A stretch of 64,000 nucleotides of DNA from Novosphingobium sp. (GTDB lineage Bacteria > Pseudomonadota > Alphaproteobacteria > Sphingomonadales > Sphingomonadaceae), in assembly GCF_039595395.1 (NCBI RefSeq), contig NZ_JBCNLP010000001.1, positions 577,823 to 641,822 on the forward strand, given 5' to 3'. The position numbers and the translations under genes were made by a program. The notes beneath the pieces are model-generated. The model was not told the DNA's origin and ran no database searches. It saw nothing but the letters and a program-made list of their open reading frames with translations. Positions 60,570 to 64,000 of this stretch are shown in pieces. Each line of letters begins with the position of its first letter. Position 1 is the first letter of the stretch.

Positions 60570-60595
60570 TGATCGGCGCTGATGTGAAGGAACGC

Positions 60596-60632
60596 GAAAA
60601 GGCCCGCGCCACGCATTTGCGTGACACGGGCC
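60596..60632 (-). terminator. Rho-independent terminator downstream of the yoaK-like gene
   Basis: The minus strand reads GGCCCGTGTCACGC-aaat-GCGTGGCGCGGGCC (two G-U pairs) followed by TTTTCGCG. Confidence 0.75.
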
Positions 60633-60660
60633 TTGAACGAAAAGCTTTGTTGAAAGGGAT

Positions 60661-61359
60661 TTACCCCTGACGAGATGAGGGATGCAGCGCGCAGGCCGCC
60701 GTTCCGCCCAGGATCAGAACGCCCGCCAGCACCAGAGGCAGCGCCATCCCACCATGAGCCAGCAGAAAGGCCCCCAATGCCGCCCCCGCAAAAATGGAGA
60801 CCACACTGGCAACCCGGCGCTGCCAGTTGGGGTTGGCGCCCCCGGCCATGCTGGAGTCAGCGGCCAGACCTGTCAGCGTCAGGGTCAGCACGGTGGTGGT
60901 GAGATCGGGTACCTTCAACTGGCGCACCGTGGCATTGCGAAAGCCCATCGCCAGAGCGGTCAGCACCACAATGCTCAGCAGCGCGGCATCGGGGGATTGC
61001 GTGGCGACATTGAAGAAACACGAGACCGCAGCGGCGGCCCACAGCAGCGCGGCTTCGATAACCGCAGCGCGCATCAGCCAGCGATGCAACGGGCCACCCT
61101 CCTGCTGCTTGCCGATATGCCCGGCGACAAAGGCCCCGGCCAGAAAGCCGCCGATCGCCACGATGTAGGACAGCGGATGAAAGCCCGGCGTCCCCACGGC
61201 TGCAAAGCCCAGAAAGACGATGTTGCCGGTCATATTGGCGGTGAAGACCTTGCCCAGACCCAGCACGCTGATCGCATCGACAAGGCCCGTCGTGACCGAG
61301 AGCAGCAACAGCAGCAGAGGCAGCGGGGAAGAACGGGGCGGGGTGGATGGGGCAGACAT
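60661..61359 (-). CDS. YoaK-family (DUF1275) membrane protein
   Basis: It has six hydrophobic segments and the motifs TGLVDAISVLGLGKVFTANMTGN and GFRNATVRQL. The ATG is at 61359. Confidence 0.8.
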   Translation of the reverse strand: MSAPSTPPRSSPLPLLLLLLSVTTGLVDAISVLGLGKVFTANMTGNIVFLGFAAVGTPGFHPLSYIVAIGGFLAGAFVAGHIGKQQEGGPLHRWLMRAAVIEAALLWAAAAVSCFFNVATQSPDAALLSIVVLTALAMGFRNATVRQLKVPDLTTTVLTLTLTGLAADSSMAGGANPNWQRRVASVVSIFAGAALGAFLLAHGGMALPLVLAGVLILGGTAACALHPSSRQG

Positions 61360-61387
61360 GAGCGTTTCCTTGAAAAGAGGGCAGGCG

Positions 61388-61792
61388 TTACGGCGTGGGC
61401 GCGATGCCCTGCACCGACATGGTGCCATCGGGCGCCAGCACGATCCCGGCCTTGCGCTGACCGGCGGCATCGATCAGCACGATGCCCGATCCACCCGCAT
61501 TGTTGAGAAAGACATAGGAAGACGCGCCGCCGGGCCGGTCGAACTTCACATGGGCACCCTTGTCATCGATCTCCAGCGAGGCCGTGGGCGAGTTCGCCGC
61601 GGGATTGGCCAGTCGGATCGCTGGGCGTCCCGCACCATCGAGGCTGATGGTGGCGCCGGGCGTATCGTCGCCGCGCAGCAATTGGATGGTGGGCGTGCCA
61701 TCCCTGGCGGAGAGCAGGATGCGGGCATGGCCCTGGGCATCGGTCACGCGGATCTCCTGCGTCACAACGGGGGCGGGGGGAGCAGCTTGCAT
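61388..61792 (-). CDS. Hypothetical small protein with repeated beta-strand-like units
   Basis: 134 aa. A unit of about 15-17 residues, hydrophobic-x-L-x-x-x-D/G-G-x-x-x-I/V, recurs about 5 times. I recognise no family. Confidence 0.45.
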   Translation of the reverse strand: MQAAPPAPVVTQEIRVTDAQGHARILLSARDGTPTIQLLRGDDTPGATISLDGAGRPAIRLANPAANSPTASLEIDDKGAHVKFDRPGGASSYVFLNNAGGSGIVLIDAAGQRKAGIVLAPDGTMSVQGIAPTP

Positions 61793-61803
61793 GAGATTGG
61801 GTC

Positions 61804-62421
61804 CTATCGATCCGTGGCGGTGGAGATCGCCGCCAGCTCGTCGCGGAACTGCACGGCGGCGGCATCGAAGCGCTCGACGCCCACATCGAAGACCCAGCGG
61901 GTCAGCCTGAGGGGCTCGACAAAATTCATGGCGCGCAGATGAGCGGCGGCATCGAGCGCCTCGGTCAGGCCCCGCAGCATGGCCGAGGAGGCCCCGGCGG
62001 TTTCGGCAGGTGTCAGCCCGCCATCCAGCATGCTGGCGGCCAGAGCCATGCTGCGCAGCGGGCGGAAAAATGCTGCACCCACCGCCTGCCTTGCCACGCT
62101 TGCCATCACGCCGGGTGACCAGTCTTCGGGGGCGCCCAGCCCGATCACCAGCAGCGCTTTGGCGGCCACGCCGGAGGGCGGGGCGGAGAGGAACAGGCTT
62201 TCGCCCCGCTCCCCCCTGAACAGGCCATCCTTGCGCATGGCGGTCAGTGTGCCGTCCAGCGCATCATCGAGATGGGCAAGCCCGCCGCCCAGCGTGGCAC
62301 CATGGGCTTCATGGGTGAACATGCAGGCGCATGACAGATCGACAGTGGCGGCAGTGCTGTCCCATCCGGCGACATCCACCGAGACCCCGCGATACGATCC
62401 AATGGTTTGAACCTTGGTCAT
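61804..62421 (-). CDS. Hypothetical protein resembling a stand-alone leucyl-aminopeptidase (M17) N-terminal domain
   Basis: The pattern FRGERGESLFLSAPPSGVAAKALLVIGLGAPEDW resembles the M17 N-terminal domain. There is no catalytic M17 C-terminal domain. Confidence 0.45.
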   Translation of the reverse strand: MTKVQTIGSYRGVSVDVAGWDSTAATVDLSCACMFTHEAHGATLGGGLAHLDDALDGTLTAMRKDGLFRGERGESLFLSAPPSGVAAKALLVIGLGAPEDWSPGVMASVARQAVGAAFFRPLRSMALAASMLDGGLTPAETAGASSAMLRGLTEALDAAAHLRAMNFVEPLRLTRWVFDVGVERFDAAAVQFRDELAAISTATDR

Positions 62422-62442
62422 GCGCCTGCTCCTTCCGGTGCC

Positions 62443-63270
62443 TTACTGCTGGATGAAGGCCAGCAGATCGGCGTTGATCACATCCGCATGGGTAACCGGC
62501 ATGCCGTGGGGATAGCCGGGGTAGGATTTGAGCACGGCGCCGGGCACGATCCGGGCCGCCAGCTTGCCGGTGGTCTCGAAGGGGACGACCTGATCGTCCT
62601 CGCCATGCATCACCAGCGTGGGGACGGTGATGGCCTTGAGATCCGCCGTGAAGTCTGTTTCGGAAAAGGCCGCGATGCCCAGATAATGCGCCAGCGCGCC
62701 GCCATTCATCCCCTGGCGCCACCAGTTGAGGCGCACCGCTTCCTTGATCTCGGCACCCTCGCGGTTGTAGCCGAAGAAGGGCAGGGTGAAGTCATAGAAG
62801 AACTGGCTGCGGTTGGTGGCGGTCTGTTCGCGCACCATGTCGAAGACCTCCATCGGGACGCCATCGGGGTTGTTGTCCGACCGCACCATGATCGGCGAGA
62901 CCGCGCTGACCAGCACCGCCTTGGCGACCCGGCCCGGCTTGGCCTGGGCCACATAGCGAGCCACCTCGCCGCCGCCGGTCGAGTGGCCGATATGGATGGC
63001 GTTTTTCAGGTCCAGCGCATCGGTCAGGGCCGTCACATCGGCGACATAGGTGTTCATATCGTGTCCGGTGGCGGCCTGCGTCGAGCGGCCATGGCCCCGG
63101 CGGTCATGGGCGATGACGCGGTAGCCCTTGGCAAGGAAGAACATCATCTGCGCGTCCCAGTCGTCGCTGCTGAGCGGCCAGCCATGGTGGAAGACGATGG
63201 GCTGGGCGTCTTTCGCGCCCCAGTCCTTGTAGAAAATCTCGGTGCCGTCGGTGGTGGTGATGAAGGGCAT
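62443..63270 (-). CDS. Alpha/beta hydrolase, non-haem chloroperoxidase/perhydrolase family
   Basis: MPFITTTDGTEIFYKDWG...FHHGWPLSSDDWD..., the nucleophile elbow GHSTGGG, and the C-terminal HG motif. Confidence 0.88.
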   Translation of the reverse strand: MPFITTTDGTEIFYKDWGAKDAQPIVFHHGWPLSSDDWDAQMMFFLAKGYRVIAHDRRGHGRSTQAATGHDMNTYVADVTALTDALDLKNAIHIGHSTGGGEVARYVAQAKPGRVAKAVLVSAVSPIMVRSDNNPDGVPMEVFDMVREQTATNRSQFFYDFTLPFFGYNREGAEIKEAVRLNWWRQGMNGGALAHYLGIAAFSETDFTADLKAITVPTLVMHGEDDQVVPFETTGKLAARIVPGAVLKSYPGYPHGMPVTHADVINADLLAFIQQ

Positions 63271-63374
63271 GGTTTGTCTCCTGAACGGGCGTGAAATCCG
63301 GGGCAGCGCTGTTTGGTTCGCCGCTGCTGAAGCCTGTTTAGGTCAGACCTTCTTTCCGGATAACCCGCATAAAG

Positions 63375-63401
63375 AAGTTCAAGATGTTCGATAAAATTGA
63401 A
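63375..63401. promoter_or_regulatory. Conserved 27-nt AT-rich box upstream of the chloroperoxidase-like operon (site B)
   Basis: AAGTTCAAGATGTTCGATAAAATTGAA lies 105-131 nt upstream of the ATG at 63270. It contains GTTCAA-N14-TTGAAC. GGATAA precedes the box here, as at site A. Confidence 0.55.
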
Positions 63402-63474
63402 CGGTGGGTGGCGCAAAAGAAAGGCGGCCATGGAGGAACCATGACCGCCTTGTGTCGCGATAAACGTGGGTATT

Positions 63475-64000
63475 TCAGGTGAAGTCGGCGCCATTCACCC
63501 TGAAGCGATAGGTGCCCGAACCGACATCGAGGACAAGCTTGCCCTCACCCGCAACCGGCTTGATCTCGGCCCGCCCGGCGATGGGGCGCCCTCCCTCGCT
63601 GACCTGCGTGGCCGCGCGCGCGGGCAGATGCAGCCGCCCCTGCGTGTTGGCGGGAATGGTGATGTCCAGCGTAAAGCTGCCATCGCCGCCCCGCTTCCAG
63701 TCGGTGGCGATCAGGCCACGGCGGCTCTGGTAACGCGCTCCGCCCGAGGGCATGCGCGCATCATGGACCGGATCGAAGCGGAAGCGCGCAAAGCCCGGCT
63801 CGAGCGGATCGATCCCCGCCAGCCGCCGGAACATGAAGCCCGCCACCGCCCCCAGCGCATAATGGTTGTAGGAATTCATCGAGAGATCGCCGGTGTCGCC
63901 GTTCCACCGCTCCCAGATGGTGGTGGCGTTCTTGGCGATCATATAGCCCCATGAGGGGTATGCCGTGCGCAGCAGCAGGTCATAGACCAGCGTGCCATGC
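63475..64000 (-). CDS. Glycoside hydrolase family 78 (alpha-L-rhamnosidase-like), C-terminal part; 5-prime end lies outside the window
   Basis: YPSWGYMIAKNATTIWERWNGD...NHYALGAV is the typical GH78 catalytic-domain end and C-terminal domain. The frame stays open to the window edge. Confidence 0.8.
   Translation of the reverse strand, partial: HGTLVYDLLLRTAYPSWGYMIAKNATTIWERWNGDTGDLSMNSYNHYALGAVAGFMFRRLAGIDPLEPGFARFRFDPVHDARMPSGGARYQSRRGLIATDWKRGGDGSFTLDITIPANTQGRLHLPARAATQVSEGGRPIAGRAEIKPVAGEGKLVLDVGSGTYRFRVNGADFT

Overview
High-GC (about 65% by eye) alphaproteobacterial chromosomal core segment. The gene order rpsT-dnaA, smr-mltA-Tim44-like/secB and hflK-hflC-degP looks Sphingomonadales-like, but the taxon is inference. 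I call about 60 protein genes, almost all housekeeping: ppdK, dnaA, rpsT, mutM, ubiE/ubiB/ubiG, coaBC, dut, mltA, secB, murJ, trpS, aroC, lysC, a class A PBP, degP, hflKC, apbC, hemH, rsmB, folK. There are two tRNAs, Arg-CCG and Lys-UUU. Oxidative-stress genes are unusually concentrated: ahpCF, a frameshifted catalase, msrA, msrB, dps, osmC, pirin and a chloroperoxidase-like hydrolase. I see no CRISPR array, integrase, transposase, prophage or recognisable multi-gene defence island. The unusual content is mostly non-coding. (1) Ten copies of a ~240-bp hairpin-ended intergenic element carry an internal terminator-like module, about one copy per 6 kb, and one copy sits inside the ahpC-ahpF spacer. 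(2) A second ~140-nt three-hairpin element family has two copies. (3) A 27-nt AT-rich box is shared by the pirin and chloroperoxidase-like promoters. (4) A two-gene module next to tRNA-Lys pairs a protein resembling plant RGP/GT75 (UDP-arabinopyranose mutase family) with an outer-membrane beta-barrel across the most AT-rich spacer in the window. (5) A catalase gene is broken by three clustered indels. All functional calls come from reading the supplied translations against remembered family motifs. No database search was run.
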